A DNA stretch of 64,000 bases from Salisapilia sapeloensis CBS 127946 (Eukaryota > Protista > Oomycota): the NCBI GenBank assembly GCA_023334545.1, contig JAADVB010000007.1:100265-164264 (forward strand), in the 5' to 3' direction. Below the pieces are notes generated by a model. It was given only the letters and a program-made list of their open reading frames with translations. It was not told where the DNA came from and did not search any database. Shown here piece by piece: positions 36,334 to 47,430 of this stretch. The translations under genes and the position numbers were made by a program. The first letter of the stretch is position 1, and each line of letters opens with the position of its first letter.

Positions 36334-37584
36334 ATGAACATCCCACGTGCACTACGCAAGCTGCATGCTCCTCTCGCCGGCCGTCGCGCCATCAGTTCCT
36401 CTCGTACCACCCAATGGGACGAGGTGCGCTGGCAACAGTATGCCAAAGAGAGTCCCAATCCATTTGTGCATGAGCCACAGACGGTCTCGATCATTGGTGC
36501 CCCCATGACCTGTGCGTCCATTCTTGCGTTATTCAATGAAGTGGTTGCATTGATTGACCTGATGATCGACTAGATGGCCAGCCACTACTTGGCACGGATC
36601 ATGGACCTGATCTCCTTCGTGAAGCAGGTAGGAAATCAAAATAGCCTTCACTTCATTCCATTATGATTCATTGCTGCCCGACTAGGACTCCGCAAATCCC
36701 TCGTCTCGCTCGGTTGGTCTGTTGAAGAGACTGGAAACTTGGAATTCGTTCCTCCGTCGTCGTCCGATCCGGTCCTTGATCCCAAGATCGGTCAAGCAAA
36801 GCAAAGCTATGCCGGTACTCTCGATCTATAAAGCTACCTACATCCACATCTCACTAACGCTCATGGAACAGTGGGCAATGGCTTGAAGAAACTTCGTGAC
36901 TTGTACCAGGTTAAAGCAGCGGAAGGAAAGTTTTGTCTTGTGATTGGTGGCGACCACACCATTGGTGGTGGTTCCCTCGCTGGTCTTCTCAACGTCCACC
37001 CAGACGCTGGTGTCATTTGGGTTGACGCTCATGCCGACATCAATACGCCGCAATTGTCCGAATCTGGAAACATGCACGGCATGCCCATCTCGTTCGTCAT
37101 GCAGGGCTTGAGCGACACGGCCAACATCCCGGGCTTAGAATGGTTCCAGAGTAACACCAAGATGAAGCCGGAGCAGCTTGTGTACGTCGGTCTACGTGAC
37201 GTTGATCCGGCTGAGCGTAGGATTATTCACGAGCTCGGCATCAAAGCGTTTACGATGCAAGAGATCGATCGCTTTGGCATTGGTAAAGTGATGGAAATGG
37301 CGTTAGATCACCTTTGTGCCAAGGTACAGAGGCCGTTGCACATGAGCTACGACATTGACGCCGTGGATCCGATGGTCGCACCGTCCACTGGCACGACTGT
37401 GCGTGGCGGATTGTCGTGGAGAGAGGCACACTATGTGGCGGAAGCAGTCGCGGAGACCAGTTTGTTGTGTGGATTGGACATGGTAGAGGTGAACCCGTCG
37501 CTGGCTCCTGGCAAAGGAGCGCAGGTGACGGTCGATATGGCTTTACTCCTCATCGCGTCTGCACTAGGCAATCGTATTCTTTAG
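36334..37584 (+). CDS. Arginase with mitochondrial-type presequence, spliced
   Basis: GQPLLGTDHGP, GGDHTI, WVDAHADINTP, SGNMHGMP, GLRDVD, SYDIDAVDP..APSTGT..GGL, DMVEVNP. Confidence 0.96.
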
Positions 37585-37624
37585 TAATTCACAAGAAAGC
37601 TGCCTTTGAATTCATCGTTTCGTG

Positions 37625-38476
37625 TTACAAAGTCATTGGGTTCGTTGCTAGGTCCGTGCGTTGGACGTTGTTTAGATCCGTCAGCTCAAACTGTTGTTGG
37701 AGTAGCTCGAGCGGATTGAACGTCTTCGTGACAGTCCGTTGGGAATGATTCGACCAAGCGTGATCGCAATTGCAGACCCATGGGCTATCGAAGCCATCGC
37801 ATTGACAGGACTGTTTTTGGCACTTGTGAGGTTTCTTGGATGGATCGTGGTCGGTATGTCGGTGCTTACAACGGCAGCGTAAGATCCAAGCGCCTTCTGC
37901 GACAATGTAGCAGAAGGACTTGCATGCACACTTGGAAGAGGTACAGGCAAACGGACGGAATGTCGTCGCTTTCTTTACGCGACGGTCATTTGGATCAGAC
38001 GGATGCTCCTTGTAGCGATGTCCGCACAAGCAACGACTTTCTTCGCGAATGGGGATACATTCGCGATTGCATAAGTTGCAAGTCCACTTGATCATGGTTT
38101 TCGATACCAATTTATTATTTTTCATTTGCTTTGGCAGATCAAGTGCTGCATTAGCATTAGTAGCTTTGCTTGGCCGAAGTTCATCCACTGTTGCTCCTTG
38201 GTTAGAAGGCTCGGGGCTGTTCGAAGCTTTCTTTTCTTTTGTCTCGAGGGTGTTCGAAGGATCCAAAGACATTTTATCTTCATCTTCTTGTATCTCAAGC
38301 GTTACTCCTTCCGGAGGGCTTGATACAGAGATCGTATTCATTTTCTTCTTCTTTTCTTTTTGTCTGTGCTGTAGCTTGTGCTTTAGCAAACGCAGAGAGC
38401 TTAAGTCTGATTTCTCTTCCATCGAGAAGTCTTTTACTAGCGTCTGCTCTGTATTAGTATTGGCAGTTTCAAGCAT
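37625..38476 (-). CDS. FAM221-family Cys/His-rich protein
   Basis: ECIPIREESRCLCGHRYKEH...CACKSFCYI...WILRCRCKHRHTDH...C.CDGFDSPWVCNCDHAWSNH. Start Met uncertain (38476 or 38422). Confidence 0.8.
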   Translation of the reverse strand: MLETANTNTEQTLVKDFSMEEKSDLSSLRLLKHKLQHRQKEKKKKMNTISVSSPPEGVTLEIQEDEDKMSLDPSNTLETKEKKASNSPEPSNQGATVDELRPSKATNANAALDLPKQMKNNKLVSKTMIKWTCNLCNRECIPIREESRCLCGHRYKEHPSDPNDRRVKKATTFRPFACTSSKCACKSFCYIVAEGAWILRCRCKHRHTDHDPSKKPHKCQKQSCQCDGFDSPWVCNCDHAWSNHSQRTVTKTFNPLELLQQQFELTDLNNVQRTDLATNPMTL

Positions 38477-38501
38477 AGTACAGGTGACCAACCTGTAGCC
38501 A

Positions 38502-40331
38502 ATGGTGAACCTATTTCAGTCAAGGCTCCTTGCTTCCATTCTTCTCTACATCCTACATTGTATTGACGGTAACTTGGCAGATACATCCCTCCCCTTCTGC
38601 CCACCAGGCAGTTATCATGATGGAAATACTTGTTTGGACTGCCCTGGTGGCTCCTTTGGTATACGTTCGGGACTATTTGAAATGGAATGTACTGGCAAGT
38701 GCTCCGGTGGATACTATTGTCCGCCAGGATCAAACTTACCGACTCAAGTATCATGTGGTGGCCCAGAATGGTATTGTCCACCTGGAAGCAGTGCAAGATT
38801 TGCGGTCGAACGTGGATACTACACACTTGCCCTAACATTTACGGAATACATAGATTCAACAACGCTGCCAACGAGCAACTTTGACGCACAGTATCGATGT
38901 GAGCCAGGTTTCTACTGCTTGAAAGGCATTCGAAGGCCGTGTCCAGCTGGTGTATACGGGGCGCGACCAAGGCTTTCATCTCCACAATGCACTCGTCCAT
39001 GTCCATTTGGTATGTACTGTCCTGAGAACACGTACGATCCACTTGAATGTCCAGCGGGAACGTATGGAAACGAGTCTGGACTGAAAACGCCACAGTGCAG
39101 CGGACTCTGCCCCACCGGCCACTACTGGTAGTTTACTATTCATATTATGCAGTACTTGATGTGTTTGAGTCATTGCTGTTTAGCGAAAGCCGAACAATTA
39201 CACCGGAAAAGTGCCCAGCAGGCTCTTTCGGTGGTGAAAGGGGTCTCATAAGTAGAAAATGTTCCAAAGCGTGCTCAATCACAGATCCACACAACCCACA
39301 TTGTACTTCATCCTTATGCCCTAGTGGATACTATTGTCCACTTGGAACTACACAGCCGAAAAAGTGTGGCGGCAGACACGTATTCTGCCCTGAGGGATCG
39401 GGAGCACCGACAATAGCTAGTCCAGGTTACTATACAATCTCAAATTGGTCCGCCTTAGGCGACATTACGTTAGCTACAAGCAGGAAGCAATTGGAAGATG
39501 CTTATATCAAGGGTAACAAACTTGCAGAAGAATACACTACGAGCAGATCCCAAGTACGCGAGTGCGAGCCTGGGCACTATTGTTTGGAAGGTGTCAAGCA
39601 GCTATGCCCCTCAGGTGTCTATGGCATTTCAAGTGGTCTAAGCACTCCTGCATGCACTGCACCATGTCCTGCAGGTTACTTTTGGTAAGCTCACTTCATT
39701 CTAAAGCATATCGACGACTAAGAATTGTATACTGGTGAATACTAGTCCCGCTGGAACAATTGACTACCATAGCCTTCCATGCACAAAGCCCAATATCTTT
39801 TGCAATGAAGGTTTTGGAGCACCTCAGCTTGTCGATGTAGGATACTACTCTTTGCTGGATACTGTTTCGAACATTGTACGAGTCGATCAAGAGATCTGTC
39901 CATTAGGAAGCTATTGCATCGACGGTATAAAATACCTATGTCCAGAAGGCACCTATGGGGACACCTTCGGTCTTTCAAGTAATGCTTGCTCTGGTCATTG
40001 CGAATCAGGATATATCTGTCCGATGGGGTCAGTAAGTCGGACGCAATCAGCTTGCCCAGCCGGAAGCTTTTCTTCCAGTGGCGTTTACTGCTCTCTGTGC
40101 TTTGCTGGATATTGGTGTGAAATCGCATCTCCGAATCCGATTCAGCATGAATGCGGAGACCAGGCCGTGTTTTGCCCAGAAGGATCGACAAATCCAATGC
40201 CAGTCGACGATGGATACTACGGCGTCGGACCAAGACAGGTAACGTACACGAAGCAAGAGCTCTGCCAAGTTCGGAATGTGCAGCACTTACCCCAATGTCC
40301 AACGCACACGGTTGGTATTGGTGGCATATAA
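38502..40331 (+). CDS. Secreted cysteine-rich repeat protein (GCC2_GCC3 / ephrin-receptor-like repeats), 3 exons
   Basis: Hydrophobic N-terminus (LLASILLYILHCIDG). Repeated CPxGxYC and CxGGxxxYCPxGS units. Introns near 39129 and 39686. Confidence 0.85.
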
Positions 40332-40561
40332 CACTCTATCAGCACTTCATACTAGTTCGCGAGTCATACGAAACACTCTTAATAACGTGGTAACTTTATC
40401 CTCTTCCTTTCTTCAGCACACGAATATGACATTGTGGTATGCGTTTTACAAACATTACCGCATCTACATGTACTTGTAAACTATCTATTCGACCTGTCCT
40501 CAACTTACACAAAAGTACGCGGCTTAAGTCATATAGAAGCAAAAGTTCATTCTCGCTTTTC

Positions 40562-42154
40562 TTAAAAGCTTTTAAACGTCGGTTCCGTTGGAGTCACACG
40601 CCACGTCGTGTACTATAAACTCGTTAATACAATTGAATACATCCTTATAGCAATGCAACATACCTGCTTGAGTTCTTGGATAAAAGCATCTGATGGAGGC
40701 TCTGTAGAGTTCGGGATACTCGCAAGATCAACGTCTGCGATTTCTCCAATATAGAACTGCTTCAGATATCTAAAACTCTGTCGACTCGCGTGGTAAATTT
40801 CAAACATGACAGTACAGTCGACGTTCACAGCTTCTGTCGAGATGATGACGGACCCACCAGGATGCTCCGGAATCCATCGCGTGACATCAAACACCATGCC
40901 CTGCATCACTAGAATCACCTCGCCGTTCTCGTTTCGCCTCAAGACTTCTTCGTACCGAATCGGATCCTTCCGTACTCGCGTCTCAAACTCTCCTAGTCGT
41001 TTCCGACAGACTTCTTCCAACCCGATACAGCCCAGCGTCGTCGCAGCATTTAAAAGCTGTTCCGTATATGCCGGGTCGAACTGATAGTCACCTGTTTCCT
41101 GCTGACTCGTCTGTCGTGCTTCATGCTCCAAGTAGAGGAGCACTCGGTCGAACGTGAGCGTGTCGACGTCCACTTCGATCACACTAGATGCTTCTTTATG
41201 GACACCTGCACCAGACAGGACAGCAGAGGACAGCTTGATACACGGAAACAAGAGCTTTTTCTTCACTGGAAACTCTTCCTCGTCATTTGTGAGCACGGTC
41301 ACGATGTCGCTCCGATCGGAAGACAATAAGTAGTCGCCGTTGGTCAGTGATTCGATTTCGGCATCACTGGCGCCTCCGGACAGTTTGAGGCTTTCTAGGT
41401 TTCCATCCGTCGTCACGAGAACTTTGGTGTCGTCGTCGATAATACCACGGTAGGACTGCGGCATCGTAAAGTCCGTTTCGTGCTCGTCTTCAGCAGCGAC
41501 GGCGATGACACGGACGAAGAAGTGGTGGCCTGTGGCTGGATGCTTGAACGAGATGCGCTCATTCTCGGTCAAAATACGTTGCCAAGTGAACTTTTTGAAT
41601 GCAGTCGAGAAAGCATGTGCGTCCAAGTGGATTGGCTCGTGATTATCATCGTCACTAGCATCGGAATCAGAAACGTCCAGTGGCCGAATTTCAATCGCGA
41701 TGGCTTGGATGCTTGGTGATCTTGTAGAATAGATACTCCAGGATTCTGTAGCTCCATCACAAAGCTCCAGGTTGATCATCATGGGTGATGTCAGTGCGAT
41801 ACTACCACTCGGTACGATCGGATTAGATGCGATCGGAATAACAAACTGTGCATGAGAACGTGGATATACAAAAGCAACAGAATGATCTAGTGTCAAGGTA
41901 TTGACAGCTTCTTCTTCACTGGACGGAAAGTCATTCGGGTGCACTAATGCACAGTAGCGTGACGGAATACTCGAAATCACGTGCTCATTCTGATGGTCCA
42001 ATAGCTCTTCTAGTGAGATCATACGTAAGTTCAGATTCCATTCCGACGAAAATGCATTCGAAGCTGCATCTCGCTCCTGTTGCTGCTTCACAGCTGCCGC
42101 AAAGGCAGGTGCGCGCACCTCCCCGGCAGGATTATTGTTGGATGTCCACGGCAT
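40562..42154 (-). CDS. NSF/CDC48-N-like + BTB/SKP1-like + cytochrome b5 heme-binding domain protein
   Basis: ALVHPNDF...GSIALTSPMMINLEL (double-psi barrel-like), TVLTNDEEEFPVKKKLL...VDTLTFDRVLLYL...LLNAATTLG..GLEEVC (BTB), VFDVTRWIPEHPGG...FEIYHAS...FYIGEI (b5). Short last exon ends at 40562. Confidence 0.8.
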
Positions 42155-42369
42155 GTCGGCGAATAGCTCAGGTACTCATGTCCAATATAACATAATACAA
42201 TAAAATGAATACGTCATCTTTAAAGTCACTTCATAGTCTTAAATGCACTTCAGACCAAAAGATCACAAAAGCGAAGAAACTCGTCTAGTAGATCGAGACA
42301 TAAGCTCTACCTATCGCCTCTTCTCGGCTATATTCGAACAGATACACGACAGAGAAGAACACATAGATC

Positions 42370-43456
42370 ATGGGGGATGACGCAGGAGCCGCAGCTTCTT
42401 CCACAGCACCGAAGAAAACGCCACAATTGCCAGAGGAAGTCGTGACGCATCCATTGGTTTTGTTGAGCATTGTCGACCACTATAACCGTGTTGCGCGAGA
42501 TACGAGCAAGCGAGCCGTTGGTGTGCTGCTCGGATCGACGTTCCAGGGAAAGTGCGATGTCACGAACGCTTTTGCCGTGCCGTTTGATGAAGATGCAAAG
42601 AACCCTGGTGTCTGGTATCTCGATCATGACTATCTCGAGAACATGTACGCCATGTTTAAGAAGATTAACGGTAAGACACGACCTGTAAGTTCTCTACATA
42701 TCATTCTAATATCCTTTCTAGCCAAGGAACGAATCGTTGGATTCTACAGCACAGGACCCAAGATCCGTCGCGCGGACCTCGACATTGACAGTCTCTTCCG
42801 TCAATACTGTCCTCACCCCGTTCTCGTCATCTGTGACGTCCGACCGGACCTTGACGGTCTGCCTACTACAGCCTACGGTACCATCGAAGAAGTGGAGGAA
42901 GTATGACGCAATCCAATCTTATGGTCGAATACGATGCTCATGCGTGTACTAGAGTGGCAAGGAGATCAACAGGACGTTCAAACACATCAAGTCAACCGTC
43001 GGCGCGTACGAGGCAGAGGAAGTTGGTGTGGAGCACTTGCTTCGAGACATCAACGATCCGTCCGTGAGCTCTTTAGCTGGCCAAGTGCAGCATAAATTGA
43101 CGGCACTAGCGGGTCTCAAGGAACGTCTGGAAGAGATGAAGGCGTATCTGGAGAAGGTGGTGGCTGGTACGCTCCCAGTGAACCACCAGATCATGTACAA
43201 CATGCAGACGATCTTCAATCTGCTGCCGAACTTGAACGTTGAGTCGCTCGTGCGCTCCATGTTCGTCAAGACGAACGACATGCACTTTGTCATCTACTTG
43301 TCGTCCTTGCTGCGTGCCACCATCGCGCTGCATGACCTTGTGAACAACAAGATCAAGTATCAGGAAGCAGAGGATGTACCGGAAGTGAAGAAGGAGGAGA
43401 AGAAGGAGGAGAAGAAGGAAGACAAGAAGGAGGACGCTAAAGAAACGAAAGAATAA
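42370..43456 (+). CDS. PSMD7: 26S proteasome lid subunit RPN8, 3 exons
   Basis: [17 protein letters not shown]...[13 protein letters not shown]...[44 protein letters not shown]-type tail. Confidence 0.97.
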
Positions 43457-43498
43457 AGACGTTCATCGTTCACATACATCTCTTGTCTTGTTGCATCA

Positions 43499-45218
43499 TC
43501 ATGTCGATTGGATACGGAGTGGATGGCCTTGGGTATTGAAGACGAACGTCTGTAGATCGATCGTCTCCTCTGGTGCAAAGAGGAGGTACAAGTATGGCAG
43601 TGTCGCTGCTAATATCGACGTTTCCATGGCATTGCCCAGATCTGGAGGCATCTGTGTCACGTCTTTCACGACAGCATAGCCAAACGACGTTCGAGCACTT
43701 GTGTTCAAGCTCTGGAAGATGTCCCATCCCCAGTCTCGATACTTGGCGTCACCGGTGGCTCGATAGAGATAAAATAGACTTTCTGCCGTCTCTGGACGTA
43801 GCTGATGACGTGTGCGGATTGGTGTGATCCCTGGGAAGGTAGCGACATCTGGAGACAGTCCTGTCCTTTGTCTGTGGTGCATGTGGTAGCAGGTTTCTCC
43901 GAGACGTTGCGCCAGCGATAGATGACGTTTGTTTTTTAAAGGGTCAACTTCATGCAGCGACCCGAGGGCAAGCATACCAGGTAGAAGACAGCTTCGATGA
44001 TCCATATTGTCAGATACCTAAGTCGTCGTTTAGATGTATCTGGTGGATAGGCAGGGAATAGTAAATACGTTATAGTGTGGATAGGCAAGCGTATGCATGT
44101 AGAACAGGTCGTCTGGTTCGGAATACACTAGTAAGTGGTCTTCCATGGCCTCGACAGACCGATCGTACATGTCACGTAGGAACTGGTCTTCCTGTCTCTT
44201 GCCACTGTAGAGGTAGACTTTCAAAAGGTACTCGTAGAACGAGTCGGTGGACGCATCCATGTGCAAGGACGACAGAGCCCAGTCGTTCGTATGTGGATTA
44301 TAGTACCCTGGATACAAGTTCGTGGTATTATCAGGAGGGTGGTGTCGGAGGAAATCGTAGAACGCATCGCCCTAGGAAGAGATAATGAAAGACGAATTGG
44401 ACATACGAGATAGGTGATTGTGTACCATTTGTCCGTAGCTGATAACTTCTGTCTCATCCGTCAGGTACCTCAGCTCCAATTGAAGTGTTCCTATGTCTGC
44501 CAATGGCGCTCTAGATCATATACTTCAGTACATGTGTATTCATACACGCCATAACAAGATCGAGTTACAGGTTGTCTAGGAAGGGGCTGTAGGCCGCAGT
44601 CTTCTTAGCAGGGGTCACCCTCGAATAGAAGATACCACGATCAGTCTGAAAAGCTGGCTTCATCAGGTTCATCACTTCCTGTGCCTTGTATAGAAACCCA
44701 CGCTCCCCGGAGAGGGAATGAGCGCTTAGCAACCCACCAACGACTCGGGCGTTGATTTCAGCGACCGAGACACTGATACTTGAATCCTCCTTCCAGTGTT
44801 CCACTGTCATATTTTCAATGATAAAATCTCTAGCTCGCCAAAACTCCTTCTTGAAACCTGCCAGCCAAAGCGTGCTAAGTGACTCAATGAGCTGCGTGTG
44901 GACACCTCCCCATATTTTATCCTTCCTTTTGCCTGAAATAGGAGCAAATTCATCTGCCCCCATGGCCAATTTCTCATAATTCTCATACGTAAATTGGATC
45001 GCTTCTCTAACTCCAGCTCTCCTTTCTTCATTCACTTGTGCTAAATTGACGCGAGGTCGGAATCGCGACAGTATAAAAGTCGTTCTTGATTGTTGGCTGG
45101 AATAAAGGAACAGGAGGACGGAAGTAATGCATATGAATGGAAATAGCTTTTGCTGCCATCGAGGACGACTGCGAAACATGCGTACAATGGGAGATGTATG
45201 ATGATCACCGTGACCCAT
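43499..45218 (-). CDS. GH47 class I alpha-1,2-mannosidase, copy A (divergent), 4 exons
   Basis: Type II TM anchor. YEKLAMGADE..P.SG, ADIGTLQLE, DSFYEYLLK, GLSPD, LRPETAESLFYLYR, FNTQGHPL. Confidence 0.92.
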
Positions 45219-45425
45219 GTTGATCAACAGGTCAAAGAAACGTGAGATGACAGATGAGTAGGATACGAACGATTGGACGACTGGTGATCTGATTAACATC
45301 AAGGGTTCATATTCTGGCACGATGCAGCCTTATCCTATCCAAACTACTTTCGCAATGGTTGCTTTCTGTTTCTTCAGAACGGAGCGAACGGAATTGACTA
45401 ACCCTCTATTTTGATTTATTTCATT

Positions 45426-47216
45426 TTAATTCTCAATGCGGAGAGGATGTGCCTCGGTGTTGAACACGTATTCGTCTAATGGCAGGAGAGTCTCTGGTGC
45501 CTGGAGTAGATACGCATACTTGAGCGTCTCGGAGAGAAAGAAGCTCTCCATCACATCCTCCACCTGTGTCTCTTTTGTTGTCACGTCCTTCACGGACCCA
45601 TATCCGTACGTCGTCCGACAGTGTTTTTCTATGCTTTGGAAGATTTCCCATCCTTGGTCTCGATACTTGGTGTCTCCTGTCACTCGATAGAGATAAAAGA
45701 GACTTTCCATCGTCTCTGGACGAAGGACATAGTTCCTACTCTGTACTTTCATCCCAGGGAATTTAACGTTCTCCGGAGATAATCCGGATGGCTGATGAGC
45801 GTACATTTGATAGCACGTCTCCATGAGTTTCTTCGCCATATCAATCTGTTGCTTCTTTTTCTCTTCGCTCTCTACTTCATAGTACGATCCGAGCGCTAGT
45901 AACCCTGGCGTGAAGCATGTTAAGTGGTCCATGCTATGCCTCTCTTTCATTCCTGGTAAACCAAGATTCTTCAAATAGTACAATTGATCTTCCGTCGAGT
46001 ACTCCAGCAAGTACTTTTCAATGCCATTGACCGCCTCGTCGTAAAACTGCTTCAGGTAGGTATCCTGTGGACGCTTCCCACTGTGGATGTATACTTTCAA
46101 CAAGTACTCGTAAAACGAGTCAGCAAACGCTCCTAGTGTCAAAGGAGAACTAGTGACGAAATGACCAGATCGAGGGTCAAAGTGGGCTGGATAGAGTCCC
46201 GTGGATCGATAGGATGGTAGTGTCCTAAGCACGTGATACCACCAGTCTCCCTATGTTGCGACAACGTTAGCGCTTACCGCCTATTAAATATGATCAAGAG
46301 TACCATTTGAGCGTATTTCGGGTCTCTGCTCAGTCTTGAGAGCGTTCGGAACTCTAGTTGGATGGTTCCAATGTCAGCGACGGGTGCTCGGTCATCTCTG
46401 TTTGACATATTGCGATCAGAATCGCTCGAGTTAAAAGTAGATATACATTTCCTACCGTCGATTATTGCGCCATCCGAAGGACGCTTTGCCTGATGCAGGT
46501 TTCAAGACGGTTCGGAACATCTGAGCCTTTGGATCAAAGGCTGGTATAAGTGCGTCCGCGATGACTTTGGCCTTTTCGAGAAAGACAAAGTCATTAGACA
46601 GTTGATGAGCACTTAGCAGCCCACCGATAGCTCGAATGGTTGTTTCAAAGATCGAAATCTCGATCTTGTCATCTTTGTACCATTGGTCTAATGTGAAGTT
46701 GTTTGCAATGAAGTCTCTTGCGCGATTAAACTCGTCCGTCATGTCCATGAGATAAAGCGTGTCGAGGGCATCCAACATGGTGATGGCGATACCTCCCCAC
46801 ACGCTATCTTTTCTACTTCCAGAAACAGGCCCCAATTCATCTGCTCCAAAGGCGTACGTTTCGTAGTTCCCATACGCGAATTGCATAGCTTTTTTAATGT
46901 CTTGCATGCGCTCCGCAGGGTCGCGAACTTCAGAGGTCGAATTCGTATCAGAGATAAAGTAGAGCAAAGGTGAGCCTTCATTTTCACTGCCAGCAGCAGG
47001 GAGATCGTCTGCATTGTGCATCGGATGGTCTTCAGAAGAAAGCACGTTTGGTGTACGAGGTTCGTCGCCACGAAAGGATTTCAGCACAGAATGTTGCGTC
47101 TGGGAAAGCATGGATTGAAAGTACGAGTATTGGAACCAACCGATTAGCAGGAGTAGCGAGGCAATGCCAAGGAATGGCAAGTGCCTTCGCCATGGAACTT
47201 GTCGAGTGACGACCAT
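45426..47216 (-). CDS. GH47 class I alpha-1,2-mannosidase, copy B, 3 exons
   Basis: TM anchor. YAFGADELGP, DALDTL, FETTIRAIGGLLSA, GAFADSFYEYLLK, LRPETMES, MESFFLSETLKY, FNTEAHPL. Confidence 0.96.
45457..45722 (-). repeat. 266-bp inverted repeat, arm 1 (inside GH47 copy B)
   Basis: Reverse complement matches 48884-49149 with 4 mismatches by manual alignment. Confidence 0.95.
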
Positions 47217-47430
47217 AGCGGTGGATTGACGATTTAATATCGACAGGTACCTTGAATTTGAAAAGTGCATAAACTTATATAATTTCAAATCGCGTTATTT
47301 AAACTTTAACACTGGTGCAAAAATACTTTTATAAATAATTCTAAAAGTTTTTATAACAAAAAGTAACATCATTATGAAAGTATCTGATCAATGTAGCGTA
47401 TCCAAAATATCATTTTCACCAAATCGCAAG

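Noticed and set aside
16663-37584. Possible metabolic cluster (nucleoside transporter, LysE exporter, TPK, arginase)
   Set aside because: Genes are 6-12 kb apart, separated by unrelated genes, and share no single pathway.
43385-43440. AAGAAGGAG tandem repeats
   Set aside because: Encodes the ordinary KEKE tail of RPN8.
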